A stretch of DNA of 64,000 nt from Alloascoidea hylecoeti. Taxonomy: Eukaryota. The stretch covers positions 249,981 through 313,980 of the forward strand of contig BCKZ01000019.1 in assembly GCA_001600815.1 (NCBI GenBank), written 5' to 3'. Below the pieces are notes generated by a model, which ran no database searches, was not told where the DNA came from, and was given only the letters and a program-made list of their open reading frames with translations. The translations under genes and the position numbers were made by a program. Below are positions 37,130 to 49,522 of this stretch, piece after piece. Positions within the stretch are counted from its first letter, which is position 1; every line of letters begins with the position of its first letter.

Positions 37130-37660
37130 TATTAAGTCAAAAATCACCAAATCAAATACGATGGGGAAAACACCTGCAAGCTTACCTTGAAACAACAAAA
37201 ACAGAGAAACCCACATAAAATAAACACCATCAACCCTATACTTGACGAATATAGCATTAAGACACTATGATCAATTGGAAGATCAGCCGATCATACCAAA
37301 CTAACACATCTAAAGGAACGTAATACAAAGGATTGGAAAGAATGGTGGGTCACATTATATCGAATGAATAAGAGGGAACCAGGATCGGTAGATTTCATTC
37401 ACAGGTTAAATCCCCGACATCACACTCATCACTGGAGTCCTACTTCATCGGAGCACAAGAATGGTAATCTAGATAAATGCATCTTATGCTTACAACCACG
37501 GGTATAAACTGAAGAACATACACTCAACAATTGGCAAACTATAACAACACTGTTCTGTTGTGCATACTTTGTTTATAACCAGGAATAGGAACAGAGGAGC
37601 ATATTTTTAGTCATTGTGAAATTAAGACAATGATATTAATAAGATTAATGGGTAATGATA
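37130..37660 (+). mobile_element. degenerate LINE ORF2 C-terminal fragments (family C-like)
   Basis: WKEWWVTLYRMNKREPGSVDFIHRLN, KCILCLQP and CILCL*PGIGTEEHIFSHC (CCHC finger). Confidence 0.65.
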
Positions 37661-37664
37661 TATT

Positions 37665-38215
37665 TGTACTCTAAGTTGTATTCCAAATTATTTCATGTAG
37701 CTCAGCTCTTTAATTATTAAATGATTTCTATCTTGGGACAAATTACATCTTCCAATGTTACATCATTACCCATTAATCTTATTAATATCACTGTCTTAAT
37801 TTCACAATGATTAAAAATATGCTCCTCTGTTCCTATTCCTGGTTATAAACAAAGTATGTATTTATTCAAAGAACCATTTGAATATTTTATTGATTTAAAT
37901 TCCTGCTGATGTGAAAAGTTCCTAAGATTCAATCTGTGGATAAAATCCGCTGTTAAAGGGTCTTTTTATGAAAATTTTCTATGATTTTCCACCGAACCTC
38001 TCCTTTGGTGCCTGTATTTATTTTTATTTAACCGATTTGGTATGATTGGTTCCAGTGTCTGGTTAAAGCGATTACCAGCTTGTCGGAAAGAAAGTAGTGT
38101 TCTCTAACGGCATAGCATGATTAGCATCCCATGTTTTCACGTTTTCACAAAATTCATAAGCGGCGTGTTCGTCTAAACTTGGTATTATTTGATTTGCTAA
38201 CTTCACTTCATCCAC
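37665..38215 (-). mobile_element. degenerate LINE ORF2 C-terminal fragment (family C-like)
   Basis: KDPLTADFIHRLNL followed by ILCL*PGIGTEEHIFNHCEIKT on the minus strand. Confidence 0.65.
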
Positions 38216-38250
38216 AATTGTAGATTATAAAAAAGTTTATAATAGAAGTG

Positions 38251-38640
38251 TTTTTTTTTTCAGGTGGCCTAGGTTGGGCGCTGCATGGGATGATTCCCTG
38301 CTTGAGAAGTTGCTGATAGGGAGCTATTTATTTGATATGACCCCAAATAGAGCATAAACAACCCTCCCGACCCTCCTAGGACCCCCTAAACCTAGTGATG
38401 ATTCCAATCTGAATCCCTCAGACGTGATCTCTGACTCAATTCAATTTTGTAAACAAATGGCAAAAGAAAGAAACGAGATCATAGCACTTCCTTATCACAT
38501 TCTAAATCCACGCTCGCAGCTGAACTTATTGTTTTCTGAAAGCAATTCGGAAATGGTTTTGCTCAAATACATAACATTTACGTATCACGAGCTCCTCTTC
38601 ATACACAACTCCTGAAATCGAAAGATCCGTTATTTCGTGG
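38251..38640 (-). mobile_element. probable LINE 3' end with poly(A), related to family A
   Basis: Ends GGCCACCTG+A10, similar to the family A terminus AGCCACTTG+A tract at about 38803-38819. Confidence 0.5.
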
Positions 38641-38651
38641 TTCGTGGGTAA

Positions 38652-38790
38652 TCAAGTGACCATTAAGGCTCTATATTAAACTGCTTTTTCTATAAATACT
38701 ATATTTATAACCAAAAAATTGTGAAAATAAAAAGACCTATTGCTAATGTTATAGGTTCACTCTTTTTTGAGTAATGTTGTTACATTTTAT
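38652..38790 (-). mobile_element. second copy of the family A 3'UTR
   Basis: Near-duplicate of 38811-38950. Confidence 0.8.
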
Positions 38791-41625
38791 TTTATTTTTT
38801 TATTTTTTTTCAAGTGGCTATTAAGGCTGTATATTAAACTGCTTTTTCTATAAATACCAAAAATTGTGAAAATAAAAAGACCTATTACTAGGCAAAAATA
38901 CCTCTTACTAATGTTAGAGGTTCACTCTTTTTTGAGTAATGTTGTTACTTTTTATAGTATTATTGTCACCATTTCCACCTTCTTACTCAATTAATACGAG
39001 TAAAGAATGTCTCATGTATACATCTTTCCTATTTTTTTTTTTTTTTTCCACAGCACCTAAGTGATTCAGAACAAAGCTTTGTGGAGTCTCTTTCAATCAT
39101 ATTACTCCATTGAGATGCTGATAAACTATTCTCCTGTTGATAGTATCTTCTGTGATATTTTCTAACTAAAAAAACGGTTACCGCTCTTACTATTAATTTT
39201 TTTCTTTCCTTATGATTAAGTCAAGGAAAGATTTCACTTCAATTTCTTTTTCTTTTAGATCTACACTTTTTGGTTAGAGGACCATATTTTCTTTGTAATT
39301 TCACATGTAGAGAATACATGTTCAAAGGATAATTCAAATTTATCATAGCAAGGACACCTTTTGTCTTTGAGGTTGTTGTAAAAATGTAAAAATAAACCAC
39401 TGCAGAATATTTGATAATCATCTATAACGTTTGATAGATAAAGGTTGTTTTTATGGATAATTTTCCATAGCAAACCCCATTTATTGACACCAATTTTGTA
39501 GGTTTTTTCCAATTCATATGGTATTAATACTTTTTGATTATTTGCTTTGCAAATGCTCCTCCAATTGAATTTGTCGAGTATTTCATTTTGTAAACCAATA
39601 AAGTCCTCTACGTTCAAACTTTGGGAGTTTGCTGCTTTATCTATCAATTCCATGGAATGAATGAAATCTTTAATAGACCGTAGACTTTTATTTTTAATAA
39701 ATTGTATGCTTATGTCACCAACTGTTGTGGTTTCCCAGAAATGGGATAAGTATGTGTTCCAGGGCTGGATTATTTTTAGATTTTGTTTGAAGTATTGAAG
39801 GTATTGCACATTTGCTGTCGAGAAATTTTCATGAAGATACTTATTATTGATTATTAGCATTTGATCCCAATCCAGGTGTAATAAATTATCATTTTTAGCA
39901 TTTTTTCCTTTTTCTATTATTTTATTTGCTAGTATTGAAGCTTTAACTCCATGATATATCATTTGTTCCCTGATTGTGATTTGGAGGTCATCATCTTCAT
40001 TGGTTAGCAAGGATGATAAATGATAGGGATGTCGGCCTTTCTGTTGAACCATTAGGTCTATCAGACCATAACCTCCACTCATTGCTGGGGTTGTTAATAC
40101 TTTGAGCGATACTTGTCCATATGTGCCTATATTATTTTTAATTATTTTCATAATTTTGTTCAAGATACTTTTTGGGGGTAGAATAAATTCCATCAGAAAA
40201 AGCATCTTGGACATCACGTATATATTTACTATTATGCACCTGGTTCTTATGTTATTATGGTGGTGAAATAGATATATCAATCTTGATTTAATATTTTTTA
40301 TCATCTCTTCCCAGATTATTCCGGGGTTAACTCCTCTACCCATTGATATTCCCAGATATTTGAAACTATTAACGACTTTATACTTGTTTAATGGTGATTG
40401 ATTACTTATAGATCGTTTGGAGTCCATTGGAAAGTATATTTTTGTTTTCCCATCATTAACCACCGATCCAGATGAACGTTTGTAAAGAGATAATGCCCTA
40501 TCAAGGACGTCTTTGTCGTTTCTGGAATTTATAAATATTGAAAGGTCATTGGCAAATAAGCTCACTTTAAGCGAGCGGATGTTTTTTTTTTTGCAGATAT
40601 AGAGACACCTTCAAGGTTGAGTTGTAAGTATTGAGATAACGGTTCGATCGCCAAAGCGAATAAACTAGGTGCAATAGGGCTGCCTTGGCGCAGCCCAGAC
40701 CGTAACAGGAATGATCTGGACTGGACGCCGTTTATTAGCACCGATCCTGTTTGGTTTGTGATGGACCCCATAACAGCTTTTATAAAATGAGGACCCAGGC
40801 CTAAATGATCAAGAACTCTGTGTATGTATGAGGCCTATCATATCGTAGGCCTTTTGGAAGTCCACCAGTACGAGCGCCTGGTGTGGGTTACGGGTAATAA
40901 ATTTAGTATCTAGATCAATGAATAACTAGCTAAGGTGAATATTGGTCGATATAGATCTCCCAGGAATAAAGGCTGTTTGGTGTTCTGACACAATTCCTTT
41001 TAGTACTGATTGGAGTCTAATGTTTAAAATCTGGTGCAGGATTCTTATATCTGAGTTTAGGAGAGAAATAGGGCGATATCCATTTATGTCACCTTTTTTG
41101 GCCTTATCCTTCAGTAATACAAAAACAGTATATGTCATAAAATTAGGAATCTCATCTGTCAGCATAGAGTTTGAAATTTTCAAAAAATCATCTTTTATAA
41201 AATTAAAAGCTTGCTTATAAAAGAAAGTTCCAATACCGTCCTGACCTGGGACACTATCTCGATTAGATCGGACAATTGCGTTCCAAAGCTCATTTAAGGT
41301 GATAGGGTAGTTTAGATGCATCAGATCATTGGATATCAGATGGCCGGGTTCGAAGGATGAGAATAATTGTGTTATAGCTCTATCGTCAATTTCCTTTTCA
41401 TGAAACACTTTTTAGGAAAGATATTCAACAACTATATTTTCCATTTCGCAATGATCATTCCATCCATTAAGTGAGGCTATTTCCATCCTTTTTGTCCGAT
41501 ATTTTTGGAGACGTAACAGGTCATTTAATGATTGCCCTTGAATGTTAGTTTTTGTTATAAGTTGAGCTTTTTCTAATTTATTTAGATTTAAGGACCAGAC
41601 CCCTTTATTCTTAAGTATAAAAGTC
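38790..41625 (-). mobile_element. 5'-truncated, frameshifted non-LTR retrotransposon (L1-clade-like, family A): RT, CCHC finger, 3'UTR and A-rich tail
   Basis: PGQDG, YRPISLLNSD, QTAFIPGRSI, DFQKAYD, GLRQGSPIAPSLF, FAND (YADD position), FKYLG, GGYGL and CPC…EHVFSTC motifs; endonuclease region absent. Confidence 0.92.
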
Positions 41626-41627
41626 AG

Positions 41628-41692
41628 TTATTGCCACCATTTCCAACTTCCTACCTTACCAAAAAGTTATGAAAATAATAAGACCTAATGTT
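41628..41692 (-). mobile_element. short rearranged family A 3'UTR remnant
   Basis: ttattgccaccatttccaactt and gaaaataataagacctaatgtt match 5331-5352 (reverse complement) and 38868-38980. Confidence 0.65.
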
Positions 41693-41750
41693 TAACATCG
41701 CAGTGCAGGCTATTCTCACCTTAATAAAAGAAGGAAGATGAAGGAAAAAA

Positions 41751-41822
41751 CTCCGATGCGGGGAATCGAACCCCGAACTGCCCGGTGAAAGCGGACCGTG
41801 CTAGCCGTTACACTACATCGGA
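41751..41822 (-). tRNA. tRNA-Glu(UUC)
   Basis: Reverse complement TCCGATG…GTCCG-CT TTC AC-CGGGC…GGTTCGATTCCCCGCATCGGAG followed by a T6 terminator. Confidence 0.95.
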
Positions 41823-41859
41823 TTACCTGAAGTCCAAATTCAACTCACTTTTAGCAGTG

Positions 41860-42928
41860 ATCTATATGGTTAGGAAGAAAGTTTCAACAATAAGAAGATT
41901 GCTCAACTATAAGAATTCTAAAGAAGATGATGTTAGGAAGCGATAGAATTGGGATCAAAATTATTGATCATAAATCCAAAAGATAATCATATAGAAAAAA
42001 ATGGGGCTTTTATCAAAAAGGCACTAGAGCTAAGGAAAAATATTAGATTTGCAGGGACCAACCACCACAAATATTAAATGAGATTGATTGGGGGATTCTA
42101 ATATCTAAAAACTTAATAAAAAAAATTTACTTTTAAGGTGGTCGTCTAGGTTCATGTCAACCCTGAATCAATAAAAAGATTTAGGGATCTAAAGAATAAA
42201 GAATTATCAAATAATTCTATTAAAACGATTAATAAGAAATTTTACAACAATGAAAAGAGAGTACTAAAACCGAACTATTTTTTGACAATCTAAAAGAAGA
42301 AAATTGGCAAAAATGGGGGAGTCATATTAAAAAATCATACAAAAGAGACCCTGAAGAAACACAATGGATTCACTTTTTCAGCTTAGGATACGTGAAACAT
42401 ATGTTTCATATTAACAAAAATGCAAAAGAGTGGTGGCATAAATTAGGTATATGTAGTCTTTGTCAAAATGGAAAAGATGATATTTATCATTTATTTGAAG
42501 ACTGTAACACAACCAGAATATTACACAAAAATATACTAGGAGACAAAAGTATAGGAAACAAAAATCTAATAATAGATACACAAGATAATAATATAAAAAA
42601 AGAAAGGCCTTTTCATCTCAAAGGTGTTAGAAATTAGGAAAAGTATCAAATTTGGAGGAACACCACCCGAAAACCTAAATGAAATAGATTGGGGTATCTT
42701 ATTTTCAAAATATTTAAGATAACATTATAAAATAAAAATACATACCGAAAATAAAATAAGCAAAGTGGTAAGAAAAAGAGATATAATAAAAACAAATAAG
42801 AAGAGAAATGAGAGAGAAATAAAGAAGAAGAAGAAGAGGTTTTACACGCATTGAGTGATTTCCTCAATTTAATAATAGAATATTTAAAATTAATTAGATA
42901 TTTTAAATTATGTAAAGCTAAAAAAAAA
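41860..42928 (+). mobile_element. 5'-truncated LINE fragment (family B) upstream of tRNA-Glu
   Basis: NWQKWGSHIKKSYKRDPEETQWIHFFSLGYVKH…CSLCQNGKDDIYHLFEDC (CCHC finger); ends ATGTAAAGCT+A9; 5' boundary approximate. Confidence 0.8.
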
Positions 42929-43588
42929 TTTGATTTCCTCAATTAATAATACAGTTTAAATTATTCAGAAGCTTTGGTTGGAAATTATGAGTAAAATAAA
43001 AAATAAATAAAAACTCGTTAGCATGTGGAAAAGCGGTATTGTTCATGAGTCAAGAATACGAATGAAAACTTTAAAACTCGAGAGAATGAGAATGTTATTT
43101 TTGGTCCTTACATATAAATCGATTAGAAAAGGCCCATAATTATGATTTTTTTATTTGAAATTATATGTTTCCCGAATGTAACCCATCCAGTACATGTATA
43201 TGATATTTTAAAAAATGTATTTGTATGGTTATTCATGTCTAAACCGGTACCATTATTATGGTTAATGATCCACTCGATAAATATATTTGCAATATTAATT
43301 GCATATTTATATGTATACTTAATTACATTTATAATCATATTCAATATACCGTTTAACCCTATAGCTATAATGATCTCTAGCAGAGCTCATCCTAGGCCTT
43401 ATAATCTAATAGTAATATCCATAATCATTGGAGTATCGTATCCTTTATCTATTAGCCTACAAGCTTAGTTATAAGACTTCACAAATTAGAGAAACAACAA
43501 AACAAATCAGATTAATTAATAATTTTTAGAGTACTTGTACTTCTATATTAATTTTCTTCTACCAGCGCTAGCTAACTATATATCGAAA

Positions 43589-44884
43589 CTAAAAAATAAA
43601 ACTACCGGGGCATTTTTTGGCTCCAGGAACTACACTTCTTCCTGAAGGAATAACCTCGATTTCGGACTCGGTTAGAATTGCTGAAGAATTTGATTGTGCA
43701 ATTGAAACCTCTAGACTGTCTATATCATAAACAACATAGGCTGAACTTAGAAAGGAATCACCTAATATAATTGTATAATCGGCTAAAGCATTTGACTGAA
43801 GTCCAAAATTGCATCTAGGTTCATTAGGACTAGCCCACAATTCTGATGGTTCTGGAATCATGAGGTCCGAAAGTTTGACTTTGATAGTTGCGCATCCGAA
43901 GGTATACTCGATAATTCTTTGATCGTTTTGGAAAGTAGAGCAGTCTACTGTGATATACTCCCCTTGAGTGTAGTTTAATCCAATAGATTTCAATATTGGC
44001 AACAAAGCGGCATTTGACAGATAAGTAAGAGTAGTACCACTATCCAAAAGAACTGGTTGTTTAACCGGAACGGTTTTCCCTTCAAAAGTCAAGCTGTCTA
44101 AGTAGGCACCCAAAACAGGAATTGGCAATGTAACCAACGGGAGCGTATATAAATCTCCAATATATAAATTACTATCAACTCCACCAAAGATAAGACTTCC
44201 TGAGGTGGTATTAGTACCATTCAAAAAAATAGAAAAAGCAGAAGATTGTGTAATTCCAGAGTCAGCTAAAGAATGTGGATAATTACGATAACCAAAAAAT
44301 TCGTGACTTCCTTGCCCAGCCAAAATACCATCAAACCCAAGACCTAAAATCCCACGTGAAATATCAGTGTTCTGTTTTGATAATCCAAGGGTAAAATCTT
44401 TAACTGTATGTCCACCAATAGTTACATCATCTTTGAACCACTCGCCTGTTGCGCTACTCTGATCTACATACTGTATTGTAAATAAATCTGAAATGTGTTC
44501 ATAAGTACTAGATTTCGATGCGTCATAAACACCATAAGTATTTATATCTGGATTATCACCAATAACCGCAGATTTAGAGGTAACCCATAAATCTGAAGAG
44601 CCAGTATCGATACTAACTGTAACTTTTTGAGGAGGATTTCCAACTTCAATGTCAATACCAAACCAAGAACGGTAGTCATAGGGAGTGAGATTTCCATCAA
44701 CATCTCCCGAATCCGAAGAAGCTGGTTTCAAATCATCTATTGGTGTAGCGACAACTCTTGATCTAACTTCGCGTCTAAATTCAAGCTGATTTACACCTGG
44801 AACATTGTTCACTTCTGCAAGAATAGTTGGAATCAATCCCAAGTATGCAATTGATAATAATTGGAAACTAAATTGATGTTTCAT
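43589..44884 (-). CDS. secreted aspartic protease (Sap/yapsin/Bar1-like A1 family)
   Basis: Signal peptide from the ATG at 44884; DTGSSDLW, flap Tyr (IQYVD), DSGTT and ILGDSFLSSAYVVYD motifs; no obvious GPI tail. Confidence 0.92.
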   Translation of the reverse strand: MKHQFSFQLLSIAYLGLIPTILAEVNNVPGVNQLEFRREVRSRVVATPIDDLKPASSDSGDVDGNLTPYDYRSWFGIDIEVGNPPQKVTVSIDTGSSDLWVTSKSAVIGDNPDINTYGVYDASKSSTYEHISDLFTIQYVDQSSATGEWFKDDVTIGGHTVKDFTLGLSKQNTDISRGILGLGFDGILAGQGSHEFFGYRNYPHSLADSGITQSSAFSIFLNGTNTTSGSLIFGGVDSNLYIGDLYTLPLVTLPIPVLGAYLDSLTFEGKTVPVKQPVLLDSGTTLTYLSNAALLPILKSIGLNYTQGEYITVDCSTFQNDQRIIEYTFGCATIKVKLSDLMIPEPSELWASPNEPRCNFGLQSNALADYTIILGDSFLSSAYVVYDIDSLEVSIAQSNSSAILTESEIEVIPSGRSVVPGAKKCPGSFIF

Positions 44885-46129
44885 CTTAATTGTTAAAATC
44901 CCAAAGATTTGCAAAGGACAAAAGAATGGTTTTTATATAATATTCATAGCCACAAGTAATTGCAAAAGTTAAGGTGATATGATCTGATCTTGAGGCGAAT
45001 CCCCAAACGTAAATGTATTTTAACTTTATATAAGTACTACATTTATGTTGTTGTATGCACATTTTGAATACCGCACCATATTAAATTCAAGTAACAATAA
45101 AAACTGTGATAAATAGAGTTATCTATTTAAGCTTTAATGAATGACTAATTACCAAACATACTAATTAATTAAAACATTAATCGAAATTTATCAAACTTTA
45201 TTATATCTCACATAACGAATCAAGTTATCTGAATCAGTAAATAAGATAAAATGGCTGAGACTAGTAACAACGATAGAACTACTACTAATACCCCAATTTG
45301 AGGATTTAAGATCTGAATTTGATGAGTTCAAAACTGACATCATTTCCTTATTAATCCCAAACGAATACATAACATCACGATTCATATTTAAAAATAAATA
45401 GTTTTAAACGAAGACAAAGATATAAAATAGAATTGCAATCTTCCAACTGAGCAAGCATAATAGGTAGATAAAAATGAACCATAATAATATACAAACTAGT
45501 GAAAGATAAAAACATTATTTAGCCATAGATCAACTCTACATACATAAATGCTACAATTAGTTAGTTCTATCACAGAACAATCTATGTATGTGAACGGCTT
45601 CTATATTCAGCTGCGGCATTGGATTTTATCTTTTGGATCGAAATTTTAAAGTCAGAGTGAACTAAATTTAACAGTAACATCAAACTAAGTATAATATTAT
45701 CGAAGACCCTGTTGTCCTCCAAATTTTGCATTGAATAGTGATCTAACTCCAAAAGACAAAATCCAATCCTGAGAGTAAGATATATTCCCTACTATCGATA
45801 TATCTCTGTGTTCAGTTTGGTGTTCAGTATAATGAGATTAAATAGATTTTAATGATGGCATTTATAATAATATATATATATATTACTTTTTTTTTGTAAT
45901 TCGTAGCTTTAACAGAACAATGTAGTGGAATAGGTCTATATGTAGTATATGGTTATGCGGTCTAGTTTTGTAGAAGTTTTCTGTCATTTTATTAAACCAA
46001 CCATATTAATATATGTTGAACATGTAAAGTTCAAGCCTGTCATCATCTTTCTCTCTTATACAACTGTTAGATGATAAGTTGGTCCGAGACCATGTCAATT
46101 TCCAACCGGCTTCTAGTGTAAGGAACCAC

Positions 46130-46470
46130 TTATAAAAACTAAAAAGCTCTTATAGTTCTGACCCCTAGTCTGACACACTCATACTATTCAGTGGGATCAA
46201 CCCGTACCTGTATACCAAACACTTTATGAGTTGTTGGACCACCAAGGAATGTTGAGGCAATAGCAGCTAAAACATTCTTATCGTCCAATTTTAATCTGTT
46301 CAAGCAAACCGATTCCAATAATGTTTTGTTTTACCATTACCTTCCAAAGCATCCAAAAAGTAAACTTGAGCAGACGGTTCATTATCACAAATATCCTTGA
46401 AAAACTAATTTTGTATGTTAGATAAAGCTAACCGGTCAATTTACCGTCTGATTCCTGTTAGGATAGTTGA
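46130..46470 (-). mobile_element. Helitron-type PIF1 helicase relic
   Basis: FFKDI…VYFLDALEGNGKT (Walker A), frameshift, then KNVLAAIASTFLGGPTTHKVFGI, comparable to the PIF1 pattern FLDGPGGTGKT…VLAVASSGIAA..L.GG.T.HS.F.I. Confidence 0.65.
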
Positions 46471-46995
46471 TTGGGGGTAAATAATCTCCTCATATTTTTA
46501 GAGAATATTACTGTTGTAGGTATTTCATTTGCAAAAATCCTGTTGCGTAGAAATTTTGAATAGAGAAACTCTTTCTGTATTATACACAGTTGGGGTCTCC
46601 TATAATTTCTCCACCAGAAATCTTTTCCGACGAGGAGGCTAATATGAGTTCAGCAAACGGTTAGTGACAATTTAGAAAATCAACGAACAAAGTAGTGGAG
46701 AGCACGATCTGGCAGTAAACCAATTTATAATCAGATATGAAAAATATTGAGATATAAGTTATAGAATTCGAAGATGACATTCTATAATTTGAAGTAGTAT
46801 TTCAATTGCATCAATACTAAATATTATTAAAATGTTATTATACGCTAGTATAATCATCTAAACATTATGTACTACTTGATATACAGTTTAAGATTTTGGC
46901 GAAGTCTCAGTGGCTGGTTATAGTATTGCCATTTTTTATTTGAAGTGGCATATCCAAAAAGTCTTAGGAAGTGAAGATTGAAACCGATAAAAATA

Positions 46996-47980
46996 TTAGA
47001 AAAGAAATAAAAAAAAATACCAGGATATTGTGGTCTTTAGTGAGGGCCAATGGTTTTGTAAATTTAACTTTACAACCAAAACCGGGCTTGTTGTATACTG
47101 ATTACTATCGCCGCCTTTCCGATTACTATCAATTTCCTGTTTAAAATCAGCATCAGCATCTTCATCTTCATTTTCACAATCACAATCATCTTCACAATCA
47201 CAATCTTTTATAAAATTTTCACAATCTCTTATAAAATGTCCCTGTACCCCACACCTAAAACAGGTCACTTCAGGAGAATGTCTGACATAATGTCATTTAG
47301 CACCACAAAAGTCACAATTTGTTCTTTTCGTCCTTCTAGAGTGTTGAAAAACTAAATTCACTTTATTTGGTCAATAGTCACTGGCATGAACAAATTTCCT
47401 AACTTTCTTGACACTTTAGAAAACCTCATATCAAAAGTTGGTGAATTTATGATTCTTTCATTTGATGTATCATTGTTCAGGGATGCTAAATACATATAAC
47501 CCTCGAACTCATTTTTACTAAGAGTCCGAAACTGGTCACATATTCGAGTTACCTTCATTCTGGTCTCATTTTCATCTATTCTTTTCAAAGTACTTCCTTT
47601 AAAAAGATCATTCATCGCTTGAAGAACACCCATGATGGTTTAGTGGAATATTTTTCTCGAAGACCGGCAAAAATCTCACGACCATACCATCTATTATGGG
47701 CAATGACTCTAATTACTATCTCAAGCAATATTCTATCCAAACCGTATTCATGAGGGCAGCCATTGTGTAAGGATTACAATCATAAACTGGAGGAAGTTCA
47801 CCATAAAACAACGCCAAACCAATAGAATCAACTTTTGATAAAATCAATTTACTCCATTCAATACAGTTTAGTGAATCTGATGCCAACTTCTGTTTTTTTT
47901 TATCGATATGGGAGTTTTTTGGTCCAGCCAATAAAACTTTTCTCATTTCAGTTTCCCATATACCTTTACTTTCACTCATT
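46996..47980 (-). pseudogene. degenerate gag-like ORF with two CCHC zinc knuckles
   Basis: CDFCGAK*HYVRHS and CFRCGVQGHFIRDC at the end of frameshifted ORF fragments (47716-47980, 47358-47633). Confidence 0.6.
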
Positions 47981-48961
47981 TTAAAAATATATCCTACTAG
48001 ATTAGTTATTTTACTAGGTAATAGGGAGTTACATTTATTTATATACTCCTTTTTTTTTAATTTAAACTTTCTCATTTTGGAGCTTCCTTGTTGGCATTTC
48101 AAATTTCGCAATCTTTCCCGATTTTATTTTAGATTTATATCATATAACTTATAACCTCAACAATATTAATGCTTATAATCGATCTTTATTAATTAATAAA
48201 AGATATTTTTTCTGTTATCAATTTACTAGAGGTAGGATATAGGCAACTTAGGTCTCAGGAGACCTAATAATTTCCAATATCAATAAAAATAAGGAAATTT
48301 ATTCCTAATTATATAAGATGATAATACTGTACGTAATAAGTGATAATTAATCTCATTATAACGTTACTGTTCTTTACATATATAATTGTATAAAAAATAA
48401 AAATAAGCATATATTATTTAGGGAATGATCTATATTTAAAGTGATTGTAGGATTGCCTATAGGAGTTTAAATTTCAATTATAAAATAAAAATGAGCGAGG
48501 TTGAATAAGGATCAACTTATAAAATGAATGAAAGAAAATAGCGTGAATAGATATAAAATATAACAAAAACACAAACACAAACTCCAAAGCCAACACATAA
48601 AAAAAGATTAAAGAAAAATAATAAAAAAAAGGAATGATTGTATGTGAAGGTTAGTTCTGTTTTCAAGTATCACAGTAATATTAATAGTGTGTCATTTAGG
48701 GTTTAAGTTTGCTATGATAATAGTTTTTCTTTTTTAATAATAGAACTTTGTATTGTTTTGTTGTTTTAATTTAATATTTCTTTATTTATAAATTGATTTA
48801 TTAGTTAATATATTTCCATTTCATGATTTTAAGCCTCAATTGTATGTTGTCGTATTATTAAAGATGTAGTAGTTATAATTATTAAATGTAAATATTTTTG
48901 GCAACATCCAAACTTTGAGGACAAAATAGTGATAAGTAAACTGCATTCATCATCATCATAA

Positions 48962-49522
48962 TTATAAAGCAGTGAACAAAGTTGGAAAAACACAAAGAAA
49001 AGTAAGAATAATCAATTTACGAGATTTCAAAGGATTGATTGATTTCTCTGCTGCTGAATTTGATATAGAACCTGTAGTACTACTACTTTCGCTACCTGTA
49101 TCTGTAACCCGTGAAATTGATAAAAAAGAGGTTGTTACAGAGGCAGTTCCGCTACTAGTTTCAGAACTACCAAAAGGTGAAAGATCGGTAAATATATTTG
49201 TTTCCCTTGTATTTGTTGTTACTGATGTATTTTCATTATATTCTTGTGTGTCGAAAAGTAAGCCTGTCATGGAAGCTGAAACCGATGATAAAGTTAGGGT
49301 GAGGATCGATCCAGTTGTTAGTGTGCCGGAGCTTGTTGAGTAAATGTGACTTGTTGAGGGTTCAACGTATATAGTAGAGGTTTTAAAAGGTTTATATTGT
49401 GAGCCTGATGAAGAGGTATACAAAGCATGGGACATGTTTACCTTACCTGTTATATAAAGATCGGTATCTAAGGTGGAAAAGGTGGTTGTACTGGTAGTGG
49501 CATTGTTAAATTTAAAAACCAT
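48962..49522 (-). CDS. Ser/Thr-rich protein with GPI-like hydrophobic C-terminus; N-terminal signal missing, so possibly a truncated cell-wall gene
   Basis: S/T-rich body, SNSAA omega-like site and hydrophobic tail. Confidence 0.5.
   Translation of the reverse strand: MVFKFNNATTSTTTFSTLDTDLYITGKVNMSHALYTSSSGSQYKPFKTSTIYVEPSTSHIYSTSSGTLTTGSILTLTLSSVSASMTGLLFDTQEYNENTSVTTNTRETNIFTDLSPFGSSETSSGTASVTTSFLSISRVTDTGSESSSTTGSISNSAAEKSINPLKSRKLIILTFLCVFPTLFTAL

Noticed and set aside
43123..43468. Overlapping hydrophobic ORFs after the family B LINE
   Set aside because: AT-driven composition and no motif
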